Virus record (IMG/VR): IMGVR_UViG_3300032292_000484
Span: 1-53,971 of that record
Direction: 5' to 3' (one strand)
Source: a virus
Lineage: Duplodnaviria; Caudoviricetes
Length of the DNA stretch: 53,971 nt
This document shows positions 46,572-53,971 of the stretch, piece after piece. The position numbers and the translations under genes are program-made. The first letter of the stretch is position 1. Every line of letters begins with the position of its first letter. The notes under the pieces were generated by a model. The model was not told where the DNA came from and did no database searches. It worked only from the letters and a program-made list of their open reading frames with translations.

Positions 46572-47357
46572 ATGACAAAAAATTTACTACAGCAAATAAT
46601 GATTAAAGAGGTTGAGTCACCAGCAGCTATTGATGCTAGAGAGCTTGTAAAGGCTATTGAGGCAGGATATCTTGTAGGGCGTGAGCCTAAGCATACACAG
46701 AAGAAGACTTTTGGTCCTTCTACTATTGCTTACGGCCATGGAGAATGTCCACGATATTGGTACCTTGCATTTGAGGGAGCAGTGTTTGAAGACAATTCAG
46801 ATCCTTATGCAGTTGCAAATATGAGCAATGGAACACTTGCACATGGACGAATTGAAGAAGCATTTAAAAACTCTGGGCTTTCAATTGACTCAGAGTTTAA
46901 AATTTTTAATGACGATCCTCCAATTTTTGGTTACGTAGATAACTTTATTAATTGGAAAGGCGAAGAAGTAGTTGTTGAAGTTAAGACTACTAACAATGAA
47001 GTATTTGAATATCGTAAGCGTACAGGTAAGCCTAAGATGGGTCACGTTGTACAGATACTTATTTATATGAAGATTCTAAAGAAAGCTAAGGGAGTTCTTA
47101 TTTATGAGAATAAAAACAACCATGAGCTTCTTGTAATTCCAGTAGAAGTAAATGATCATTACCGTAAATGGATTGATGAAGCTTTTGAGTGGATGAGAGT
47201 TGTTCGTAAGTCTTGGGAAGTTAAAGAGATGCCTACCAAGAACTACAGATCAAACTCTAAGGTTTGTAAAAACTGTCCAATTAAAAAAGCATGTGATGAA
47301 GCAGGCGTAGGCGTAGTTAAGATAGCTTCGCTGGAGGAATTGAGTGAAACTTTGTAG
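46572..47357 (+). CDS. Cas4/RecB-family exonuclease
   Basis: PS....ECPR..Y, GTLAH, GYVD, VEVKT, Q..IYM, C-terminal CKNCP.KKAC (four Cys for Fe-S cluster). Confidence 0.82.
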   Translation: MTKNLLQQIMIKEVESPAAIDARELVKAIEAGYLVGREPKHTQKKTFGPSTIAYGHGECPRYWYLAFEGAVFEDNSDPYAVANMSNGTLAHGRIEEAFKNSGLSIDSEFKIFNDDPPIFGYVDNFINWKGEEVVVEVKTTNNEVFEYRKRTGKPKMGHVVQILIYMKILKKAKGVLIYENKNNHELLVIPVEVNDHYRKWIDEAFEWMRVVRKSWEVKEMPTKNYRSNSKVCKNCPIKKACDEAGVGVVKIASLEELSETL

Positions 47358-47634
47358 CGTATGCGATGTTAGGTTTAACCCAAAGGTCAGTTATCAAATT
47401 TACTGCAGCCTTGAATGTAGGGACTTCGCAACAAAAGAAAAGATTCACGAAAGATATCAGATAACTCGTAGACAAAAAAGAAAGGGAAAAGATCGCAGAT
47501 GCACTGGCGGATGCAATACTTCCCTTTCTATCTACAATGACTCTGGGTTTTGTGCAAATTGTAATGTAAGTAAAAAATCTGTAGACAAGATGTTAAAACA
47601 AATAAAGGGGTTTTTTGAATATGAACAAGAGTAA
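47344..47634 (+). CDS. Cys-rich double zinc-finger protein
   Basis: CSVC...YCSLEC and CTGGC...CANC. Confidence 0.6.
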   Translation: MKLCSVCDVRFNPKVSYQIYCSLECRDFATKEKIHERYQITRRQKRKGKDRRCTGGCNTSLSIYNDSGFCANCNVSKKSVDKMLKQIKGFFEYEQE

Positions 47635-48217
47635 GTGGGGTGTTCCTATTATGCCTAAAAGAATTTGTGCTATTGATGCAAGCACAAACAGTCTTGCATT
47701 TTCAGTCTTTGATACATTTACAAAAAGCATAGTAACAGTTGGTAAGATTAATTTTGAAGGTCGTGATACATATGAAAAGGTTATGGATGCAGGTAAAAAA
47801 GTAAAAGCTTTTTTTGATATATATGGTGGCTTTGAGGCAATCATTATTGAGCATACAGTCTTTATGAATAGTCCTAAAACTGCTGCAGATCTTGCATTAG
47901 TTCAGGGAGCTATTCTTGGATCAGCAGGGCAAAGTGGAACAGAAATTATAGGCAAGGTATCTCCAATCACATGGCAAAACTTTATTGGCAACAAGAAGAT
48001 ATCAAAAGAGGAGCAGCTAATTATTAGGTCTTCAAACCCTGGAAAGTCTGTATCTTGGTATAAGTCTTATGAAAGAAATCTTAGAAAAGAAAGAACAATT
48101 AGATTTATTAATACTATTTATGATAGAACTATTAGTGATAACGATGTCGCAGATGCTTGCGGTATTGGACATTGGGCCCTGTCTAACTGGGACAAAGCAA
48201 TAGGGTTTGACAAGTAG
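47621..48217 (+). CDS. RuvC-like resolvase
   Basis: ICAIDAS, IIIE, LALVQGAI, P.TWQ..IG, DNDVADACGIG. Confidence 0.78.
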   Translation: MNKSKWGVPIMPKRICAIDASTNSLAFSVFDTFTKSIVTVGKINFEGRDTYEKVMDAGKKVKAFFDIYGGFEAIIIEHTVFMNSPKTAADLALVQGAILGSAGQSGTEIIGKVSPITWQNFIGNKKISKEEQLIIRSSNPGKSVSWYKSYERNLRKERTIRFINTIYDRTISDNDVADACGIGHWALSNWDKAIGFDK

Positions 48218-48235
48218 TATCATGTCTGGTAAACT
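48207..48235 (+). promoter_or_regulatory. candidate promoter TTGACA-17-TAAACT with TG extension
   Basis: Near-consensus spacing; overlaps the start of the small HTH gene. Confidence 0.45.
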
Positions 48236-48377
48236 ATATACATCAGAAGTATGGCTAAAAAAAAGATTTGTTATTGACAAGAAGTCTCCAGAAGAAATTG
48301 CAAAAGAATGTGGGGCAAGCGTAGAAACTATCTATGTTTACCTTGCTAAATTTGGACTAAGAAAGAGTAGACGATGA
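48222..48377 (+). CDS. 51-aa helix-turn-helix protein (below track cutoff)
   Basis: MSGKLYTSEVWLKKRFVIDKKSPEEIAKECGASVETIYVYLAKFGLRKSRR. Confidence 0.7.
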   Translation: MSGKLYTSEVWLKKRFVIDKKSPEEIAKECGASVETIYVYLAKFGLRKSRR

Positions 48378-48502
48378 ATAAAATACAGAAGGTTGTTATT
48401 GGACTAGGCGTAGCAGGTGCTGTTGGATTAACCTATGTTGTCACAGCACTAAAAGGTATGCCTGAAGCATTTGACTGGGAAGATGATGAAGAAGATGAGT
48501 GA
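48374..48502 (+). CDS. 42-aa single-pass membrane protein with acidic tail
   Basis: MNKIQKVVIGLGVAGAVGLTYVVTALKGMPEAFDWEDDEEDE; ATGA coupling to the upstream gene. Confidence 0.6.
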   Translation: MNKIQKVVIGLGVAGAVGLTYVVTALKGMPEAFDWEDDEEDE

Positions 48503-48737
48503 TAATCTAAACATTACCGTTGACCAAGTAAATCATCCACGACATTACACAACAGATCCTTCTGGAGTAGAGTGCATAGAGATTACTCGTCACCGCAACT
48601 TTAATGTTGGTAATGCCTTCAAGTACCTTTGGAGAGCAGGGCTTAAAGATGAATCTAAAACGATACAAGATCTAGAAAAGGCAATCTTTTATATCAAAGA
48701 TGAAATTAATAGACTAGAAGGCAAATATGTCAACTGA
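48495..48737 (+). CDS. DUF3310-family protein
   Basis: DQVNHPRHY...ECIE...GNAFKYLWRAGLK...DLEKAIFY. Confidence 0.85.
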   Translation: MSDNLNITVDQVNHPRHYTTDPSGVECIEITRHRNFNVGNAFKYLWRAGLKDESKTIQDLEKAIFYIKDEINRLEGKYVN

Positions 48738-49269
48738 AGAAGATCTAGTCAAACATCTTGATGTAATGAATGATGTTGTTGGTGAATACCTAAAGGGTAG
48801 CGATCCAACAACCATATCTAAAGAGTTAGCAATTCCAAGAACTCGTGTTGTAGCATATATTGATGAGTGGAAAGAAAAAACATCTAATAATGTTGCAATA
48901 CGTGCCCGTGCAAAGGATGCACTTGCTGGAGCAGATGCACACTACAGTAAATTAATCTTAAAGTCCTATGAAGTTATTGATGAAGCATCTATGACTAACA
49001 ACCTTAGTGCAAAGACTAGTGCAATAAAGCTTGTTATGGATATTGAGTCTAAGCGCATTGACATGCTTCAAAAAGCTGGCTTGCTTGAGAATAAAGAGCT
49101 TGCAGAAGAAGTGGTTGAGATTGAGCGTCGTCAAGAGGTTCTAGTTGGAATACTTAGAGATCTTGCTTCTTCTCATCCAGAAGTAAGAGATATAATTATG
49201 ACAAGGCTATCTGCTATTGCAAAAGAAGGTCAAGTGTTAACAATTGTTTCAGAGGTTGTTGATGAGTGA
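48727..49269 (+). CDS. putative terminase small subunit (N-terminal HTH)
   Basis: YLKG.DPTTISKELAIPRTRV HTH followed by a helical region; upstream of TerL. Confidence 0.55.
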   Translation: MSTEEDLVKHLDVMNDVVGEYLKGSDPTTISKELAIPRTRVVAYIDEWKEKTSNNVAIRARAKDALAGADAHYSKLILKSYEVIDEASMTNNLSAKTSAIKLVMDIESKRIDMLQKAGLLENKELAEEVVEIERRQEVLVGILRDLASSHPEVRDIIMTRLSAIAKEGQVLTIVSEVVDE

Positions 49270-49789
49270 TTTAAGTAAACTTTTTATTAATAAGATAGAA
49301 GATATTACTTTAATTGATGATGTATGCTCTTACCCAGATTATGTTTTTTTAGAAGCACAAGCAGCCCACTCAAGATATAAGTATTTAGATAATGTAAAAA
49401 ATAAGGATGTAAGAAATTGCTCTTCAGCAATGCTATCAGAAAAAACTCAGGAATATTTGGCTAATAATGTTGAGCCCTTTGTACATGAATATGCTAAAAA
49501 AAATAACATATTAATTTCAAATAGGTCATATCAGCTGGTTAGATATACAGAAGGTCAGTTTTTTGTTGATCATACAGATACAACAGAAGAATTTCCAAGA
49601 AAAATATCTACACTTCTATATGTAAATGATGATTATTTAGGTGGAGAAATAGTTTTTACTAAATTAAACCTGTCTCTTAAACCAGAAAAAAATACTTTAA
49701 TTATCTTTCCATCTTCAAGTGATTTTTCTCATTCAGCAGAACCAATTATTTCTGGAACAAAGTATGTAATAGTTGGGTTTTGGTCATAG
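49262..49789 (+). CDS. 2OG-Fe(II) oxygenase, prolyl-4-hydroxylase-like
   Basis: QLVRY..GQFF..HTD...RKIS.LLYVNDDYLGGEI.F...FPS...HSAEPI.SGTKY (HxD...H...K). Confidence 0.88.
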   Translation: MSDLSKLFINKIEDITLIDDVCSYPDYVFLEAQAAHSRYKYLDNVKNKDVRNCSSAMLSEKTQEYLANNVEPFVHEYAKKNNILISNRSYQLVRYTEGQFFVDHTDTTEEFPRKISTLLYVNDDYLGGEIVFTKLNLSLKPEKNTLIIFPSSSDFSHSAEPIISGTKYVIVGFWS

Positions 49790-51561
49790 TGGTGTTTGAA
49801 GAATTCTTAGAAGTACTCAAAGAAAACCATTTTATTGAGACACCAGTTGACGCAAAAACATTTGTTGAGTCTCCAGATTACCTTGGACAGCCACCTCTAT
49901 CTGATATTCAGTATGACATTGTAGAAGCAATGAGCCAGATTTATCGTAAAGAAGACGTAATAGATATTCGTGAAGATGGTGAAGCATACTTTAAAAAATA
50001 TACAAAGAATGAAATTATTTTGCAACTTGGCAAGGGATCTGGAAAAGACTTCGTATCAACAGTAGCATGTGCATATGTAGTATATAAAATGCTATGTCTA
50101 AAAGAACCTGCCATGTATTATGGCAAGCCTGCAGGAGATGCTATTGATATTATTAACGTTGCTATTAATGCTCAGCAAGCAAAGAACGTTTTCTTTAAAG
50201 GTTTTAAATCAAAGATTGAAAGATCACCATGGTTTGCAGGAAAGTATTATCCAAAGGCAGACTCAATTGAATTTGATAAGTCAATCACAGTCTACTCTGG
50301 CCACTCAGAAAGAGAATCACATGAGGGTTTGAACTTATTCATGGCAGTGCTTGATGAAATTTCTGGTTTTGCATCAGAGGTAGCAACAGGCAATGAGCAG
50401 GGTAAGACCGCTGATAATATCTATAAAGCTTTTCGTGGTACGGTAGATTCTCGTTTCCCTGACCTTGGTAAGGTAGTTCTTCTTTCATTCCCCAGATATC
50501 CAGGAGACTTTATTTCTCAACGTTATGATGCAGTTATTGCTGAAAAAGAAATAATAGACAAGACTCACAAGTTTATAATCAATGAAGATTTACCAGTAGA
50601 TCATCCAGACAATTCTTTTGAAATATCTTGGGAGGAAGATCATATATTATCTTACAAGATTCCAAAGGTGCTTGCATTAAAGCGTCCAACATGGGATGTT
50701 AATCCTACAAGAAAGATTGATGACTTTAAGATTGCATTCTTAACAGACCTAGGAGATGCAATGATGCGTTTCTTATGTACACCAACATTTGCATCTGATG
50801 CATTTTTTAAACAAAAAGATAAACTTATTAAGTGCATGACATTAACTAATCCAGTTGACAGCTTTAGAAGATTTTCGGAAAACTTTAAACCAGATCCAGA
50901 TAAGATTTATTATGTACATGCTGACCTTGCACAAAAACACGATAAGTGTGCAGTTGCAATTGCTCACGTAGATAAGTGGGTAAATATCCAGGTAATTAAA
51001 GATTATGAACAAATAGCACCTATAGTTGTAGTAGATGCAGTAGCATGGTGGGAACCAAAAGCAGAAGGTCCAGTTGATCTTTCTCAAGTTAAACAATGGA
51101 TTCAAAACCTTAGAAGACAAGGTTTTAATATTGGAATGGTTTCATTTGACCGTTGGCAATCATTTGATATTCAACAGGAGCTTAAGGGTGTTGGTATAAG
51201 AACTGATACTGTTTCTGTTGCAAAAAAACACTACGAAGATTTAGCAATGATGATCTATGAAGAGCGTGTTGCTATGCCCATGATTCCTTTACTTCTGGAA
51301 GAAATGTCAGAGCTAAAAATCATGAAGGGTAATCGTGTTGATCACCCTAGAAAAAAATCTAAGGACCTAGCAGACGCTGTTTGTGGGGCAGTATTTGGTG
51401 CTATCTCTCATACTCCAAAAGAAATGAATCTTGAAATAGATATTCATACGTGGGGGACATCAGACAAACTTGCACGCAGACAAGAGTCTATGGTAGAATT
51501 AGAAGACAGGCAAATGCCAGAAGATGTCAAGAGCTTTCTTGACAATTTAAAACTAATATAA
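49789..51561 (+). CDS. terminase large subunit
   Basis: LGKGSGKD (Walker A), AINAQQA, AVLDE (Walker B), LLSFP, HADLA...D, SFDRW, VDHP...SKDLADA nuclease motifs; start GTG at about 49789. Confidence 0.9.
   Translation: MVFEEFLEVLKENHFIETPVDAKTFVESPDYLGQPPLSDIQYDIVEAMSQIYRKEDVIDIREDGEAYFKKYTKNEIILQLGKGSGKDFVSTVACAYVVYKMLCLKEPAMYYGKPAGDAIDIINVAINAQQAKNVFFKGFKSKIERSPWFAGKYYPKADSIEFDKSITVYSGHSERESHEGLNLFMAVLDEISGFASEVATGNEQGKTADNIYKAFRGTVDSRFPDLGKVVLLSFPRYPGDFISQRYDAVIAEKEIIDKTHKFIINEDLPVDHPDNSFEISWEEDHILSYKIPKVLALKRPTWDVNPTRKIDDFKIAFLTDLGDAMMRFLCTPTFASDAFFKQKDKLIKCMTLTNPVDSFRRFSENFKPDPDKIYYVHADLAQKHDKCAVAIAHVDKWVNIQVIKDYEQIAPIVVVDAVAWWEPKAEGPVDLSQVKQWIQNLRRQGFNIGMVSFDRWQSFDIQQELKGVGIRTDTVSVAKKHYEDLAMMIYEERVAMPMIPLLLEEMSELKIMKGNRVDHPRKKSKDLADAVCGAVFGAISHTPKEMNLEIDIHTWGTSDKLARRQESMVELEDRQMPEDVKSFLDNLKLI
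51470..51499 (+). promoter_or_regulatory. candidate promoter TTGCAC-18-TAGAAT with TG extension inside TerL 3' end
   Basis: TGGTAGAAT at 51491-51499; AAGGAG RBS before ATG 51578. Confidence 0.45.
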
Positions 51562-51577
51562 CAAGGAGAAAAAACGA

Positions 51578-52717
51578 ATGAATTCATTCAAGAAAATCGC
51601 ACTAGCCATGGTTGCAGCCATGACTTTGGGCACAATCGTAGCAACACCTGCAAGTGCTGCTGTAATGACAGTTGCTGTATCATTGGACGGAACTGCTAAT
51701 ACAACAGCATCCGCAATTGCTACACCAGCATCATTACCAGTCCCTGCAGACAATACAGTTGATGCTGCTGATGCACTTAAGTTCGTTGCAACAGTTGACG
51801 TAGGAACAAGCGTTTCTGTTACATCAACAAACGCAACAATCGTGTCTGCACTGCACACATCTGCTGCACCAGTAGGAGCAACATCAGGATCTTCATCTTT
51901 GACAGTTGCAACTGGTACAGGAACAACAGCAACATTTTATGTTTACACAAAGACAACAGCAATTGGTACAGTTGTAATCACAAACGGTGGAACACAACTT
52001 ACATACTACGTACAGGGAACTGCTGGCAAGATTAACACTCTTCTAGTCTCTGCACCAACATCAGGTGCTGCTGGTACAAAGCAGGACATTACAGTAACTG
52101 CAACAGATACATTTGGAAACAAGGTATCAGGTAAGTCAATTACTGCAACAGTATTTGCTGCAACAGCAACACTAGACACAGCAACAGCAACAACTGGTGC
52201 TACACTTTCAGACTTTGGAGTTGCTACATTTAAGGCAACACTTCCAACAACTGGAACACGCTCACTAATCACATTCGCACCAACAACATCAACAGATGCA
52301 ACAACTGCAGATGTAGTTGGGCTTCCTGCACGTGCACTTGCACCATTTGCAGAAATCGCAGTTCGTGATCTAGTATCAGAACTTGCTGCACAGACTGCTG
52401 CTAAGGATGCAGCACTTGCTGCAAAGGCAATTTCAGATGCTGCAGTTGTAAAGGCTAACGCTGATGCTGCAGCTGCACTAGCAACAGAGAAGGCAGCTTC
52501 TGCTGCTGCCATTGCTGCTGAAAAGGCTGCTTCTGCTAAGGCACTTGCTGATGCAAAGACTGCTTCAGATGCAGTTGTCCTTGCTAAGGATGCAACTATC
52601 GCTAAGTTAACAGCAGATAATGCTGCTGCACTTAAGTCAATCAAGGATGCTTTCAATTCACTTGCAAAGAAGTGGAATGCAAAGAATCCAAAGGCAAAGG
52701 TTACTTACGTTAAGTAA
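51578..52717 (+). CDS. secreted Ala/Thr-rich surface protein (Sec signal, Ig-like core, coiled-coil tail)
   Basis: MNSFKKIALAMVAAMTLGTIVATPASA|A signal peptide; ITVTATDTFGNKVSG...GVATF (bacterial Ig-like); AEKAASA coiled coil; basic C-terminus. Confidence 0.75.
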   Translation: MNSFKKIALAMVAAMTLGTIVATPASAAVMTVAVSLDGTANTTASAIATPASLPVPADNTVDAADALKFVATVDVGTSVSVTSTNATIVSALHTSAAPVGATSGSSSLTVATGTGTTATFYVYTKTTAIGTVVITNGGTQLTYYVQGTAGKINTLLVSAPTSGAAGTKQDITVTATDTFGNKVSGKSITATVFAATATLDTATATTGATLSDFGVATFKATLPTTGTRSLITFAPTTSTDATTADVVGLPARALAPFAEIAVRDLVSELAAQTAAKDAALAAKAISDAAVVKANADAAAALATEKAASAAAIAAEKAASAKALADAKTASDAVVLAKDATIAKLTADNAAALKSIKDAFNSLAKKWNAKNPKAKVTYVK

Positions 52718-52723
52718 TTAGTT

Positions 52724-52761
52724 TATTAATGGGGCAGGTGCACGTGCCTGCCCCATTAATA
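52724..52761 (+). terminator. 15-bp perfect inverted repeat (terminator-like)
   Basis: TATTAATGGGGCAGG-TGCACGTG-CCTGCCCCATTAATA. Confidence 0.8.
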
Positions 52762-52767
52762 CTATTA

Positions 52768-52776
52768 TGATAAAAT
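52768..52776 (+). promoter_or_regulatory. extended -10 promoter TGATAAAAT (leaderless)
   Basis: 7-nt gap to ATG 52784, no SD. Confidence 0.6.
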
Positions 52777-52783
52777 AGATACT

Positions 52784-52936
52784 ATGGACTGGGATCACTT
52801 TCACGTAATTCAAAAAAAAGTTTTAAAAGAATTAATAAACGATATGGAAAATTTAGAATTTCCGCCAGACTGGAGACCTAAAGACGTTTTAGCTCTCGTA
52901 ATTAGAAAATTAAAAGAAAAAGAGGAATCATGTTAA
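52784..52936 (+). CDS. 50-aa hypothetical protein
   Basis: MDWDHFHVIQKKVLKELINDMENLEFPPDWRPKDVLALVIRKLKEKEESC; overlaps the next start. Confidence 0.55.
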   Translation: MDWDHFHVIQKKVLKELINDMENLEFPPDWRPKDVLALVIRKLKEKEESC

Positions 52937-53154
52937 CTAGATTAAAGATAAAGGTATTAGGTTGGCTAAAGGTTACACCAAAGGAATCAGTTTTTGAAAA
53001 AGTTTCTGCAGATGCATTTTTATCATCAATGAAGGCACCAGCCAAGAAGACTGCCAAGAAGGCACCAGCCAAGAAGACTGCCAAGAAGGCACCAGCCAAG
53101 AAGACTGCCAAGAAGGCACCAGCCAAGAAGACTTCGGCTAAGAAAACAAAATAA
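52930..53154 (+). CDS. histone-H1-like basic protein (KAPAKKTAK repeats)
   Basis: GAGGA RBS; Lys/Ala/Pro repeats; TAATG coupling. Confidence 0.65.
   Translation: MLTRLKIKVLGWLKVTPKESVFEKVSADAFLSSMKAPAKKTAKKAPAKKTAKKAPAKKTAKKAPAKKTSAKKTK
53032..53133 (+). repeat. perfect 27-bp tandem repeat (3 copies + 21 bp)
   Basis: AAGGCACCAGCCAAGAAGACTGCCAAG. Confidence 0.95.
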
Positions 53155-53372
53155 TGGAATCAAGCAAAAGAAGCTTTTATAAATCAGTTACTTGGCCAGC
53201 AGTACATATTGGATTTGTTGGCACATTAGTTTACTTTTTTGAAAAGGCCATTACTGGCGAAGCTCATTGGGAGTATGCTGGTACGTTTGCAATTGTATAC
53301 ACTGCATGCGAAATGGTTGGATTCTTTTTACACGAAAGAGCATGGTCTAAGTTTGGCGGTAAGATTAAGTAA
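53154..53372 (+). CDS. DUF2061-like small membrane protein
   Basis: MES.KRS..KSVTW...two hydrophobic segments...FFLHERAWSK. Confidence 0.7.
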   Translation: MESSKRSFYKSVTWPAVHIGFVGTLVYFFEKAITGEAHWEYAGTFAIVYTACEMVGFFLHERAWSKFGGKIK

Positions 53373-53512
53373 TGGGAAAGCACTTAGATAAAATGCAGAG
53401 AGCGCTTGCTCAAAGACAAGCTGGAACATATACAAGCGGCCAAAAAAAGCCAGGTTCAATGAATATTAAAAAAACGGGCTATAGAGGGCAGAAGGCCAAG
53501 GGATCTAAGTAG
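53372..53512 (+). CDS. 46-aa basic hypothetical protein
   Basis: MGKHLDKMQRALAQRQAGTYTSGQKKPGSMNIKKTGYRGQKAKGSK; TAATG coupling. Confidence 0.55.
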   Translation: MGKHLDKMQRALAQRQAGTYTSGQKKPGSMNIKKTGYRGQKAKGSK

Positions 53513-53634
53513 TGTTTAGTGGATTTTGCGAAATAAAAGACTGTAATAATAAGGCAACAAGGCTCTCTGGAAAACAGAATGGCCCAGTCATAGATATATG
53601 CGATGATTGCTGGCATGAGCAATACAAGTCCTAA
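53512..53634 (+). CDS. 40-aa putative zinc-finger protein
   Basis: GTG start via TAGTG overlap; CEIKDC...ICDDCW. Confidence 0.5.
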   Translation: MFSGFCEIKDCNNKATRLSGKQNGPVIDICDDCWHEQYKS

Positions 53635-53643
53635 TCAACTAAA

Positions 53644-53652
53644 TGCTATAAT
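53644..53652 (+). promoter_or_regulatory. extended -10 promoter TGCTATAAT
   Basis: Consensus, intergenic; AGGAG RBS before ATG 53710. Confidence 0.7.
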
Positions 53653-53709
53653 AGTCCTATAAGCGGAATACTAGTCCCGCTTAAATAAATAACCTATAGG
53701 AGTAATACC

Positions 53710-53859
53710 ATGTCAGACGGAAAAGATTTAAAAGGATTTAACGAAACAGGCGAGCAGTCAGGATCAAACGATCTAAACCTACACCTGTCAGATGCACCTG
53801 CTGCAGCATTCCCATCAACGGATATGTCAAACCAGGCACAAGCACAAGGCCCAAAGTAA
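53710..53859 (+). CDS. 49-aa hypothetical (likely disordered) protein
   Basis: Promoter + RBS; MSDGKDLKGFNETGEQSGSNDLNLHLSDAPAAAFPSTDMSNQAQAQGPK. Confidence 0.6.
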   Translation: MSDGKDLKGFNETGEQSGSNDLNLHLSDAPAAAFPSTDMSNQAQAQGPK

Positions 53860-53860
53860 T

Positions 53861-53971
53861 ATGTGCGTTGAGTGTGGATGCCAAAGTGTTGGCAGTGAGA
53901 CTGGCATAGTTCCAGTTTCAATCATAGACAAAACATCTCAGGGAAACTCTGGAGTTACTCTAAGCATGACC
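53861..53971 (+). CDS. hypothetical protein with N-terminal CxxCGC (3'-truncated)
   Basis: MCVECGCQSVGSETG..., open to the window end. Confidence 0.5.
   Translation, partial: MCVECGCQSVGSETGIVPVSIIDKTSQGNSGVTLSMT

Noticed and set aside
46572-47357. CRISPR-Cas system suggested by the Cas4-like gene
   Set aside because: No cas1/cas2 and no repeat-spacer array; the tandem repeats seen are coding and spacer-less. Solo Cas4-like nucleases are known in phages.
4915-51561. Inteins or introns in RNR, DnaB, DnaE, RecA, TerL
   Set aside because: Lengths are ordinary, motifs are contiguous, and no C...HN splice signatures or homing endonuclease were seen.
52902-53126. Minus-strand hydrophobic (AGAFLAVFL)n ORF
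   Set aside because: Reverse complement of the PAKK repeat; the + ORF has an RBS and translational coupling.
1-53971. tRNA genes, integrase, lysis cassette, alternative genetic code
   Set aside because: Intergenic gaps are short with no cloverleaf seen; no recognisable integrase, endolysin or holin; genes are intact under code 11 with all three stops used.

Overview
This window is part of a large, AT-rich, non-contractile-tailed dsDNA phage (Caudoviricetes). It is gene-dense and all credible genes are on the + strand. Gene order: Ala/Thr-rich trimeric fibre genes (first one 5'-truncated); monomeric class II (B12) ribonucleotide reductase; portal, prohead protease with a probable nested scaffold, major capsid; head-tail connectors, tail tube, two tail-assembly-chaperone paralogues; a 2180-aa tape measure protein carrying an OmpA-like peptidoglycan-binding domain; tail tip and FN3 fibre proteins, one with a (PPFF)n tract; a replication/recombination block (DnaB, primase, SSB, DnaE, MazG-like, RecA, Hjc-like, Cas4-like, RuvC-like); small terminase, prolyl-4-hydroxylase-like oxygenase, large terminase; a secreted surface-type protein, a histone-H1-like protein and micro-ORFs. 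Recurrent extended -10 promoters (TGnTAnnnT) are visible, several apparently leaderless. These features suggest a lytic phage of low-GC (probably freshwater) Actinobacteria, but the host is an inference. The most notable observations are: (1) the usual G/GT chaperone frameshift appears to be replaced by a gene duplication with separate promoters; (2) a modular tape measure protein in which repeated GE.V modules bracket cargo domains; (3) a (PPFF)n virion tract co-occurring with a P4H-type oxygenase; (4) a stand-alone secreted host-like surface protein. All calls are from motif recognition by eye; no database searches were run.
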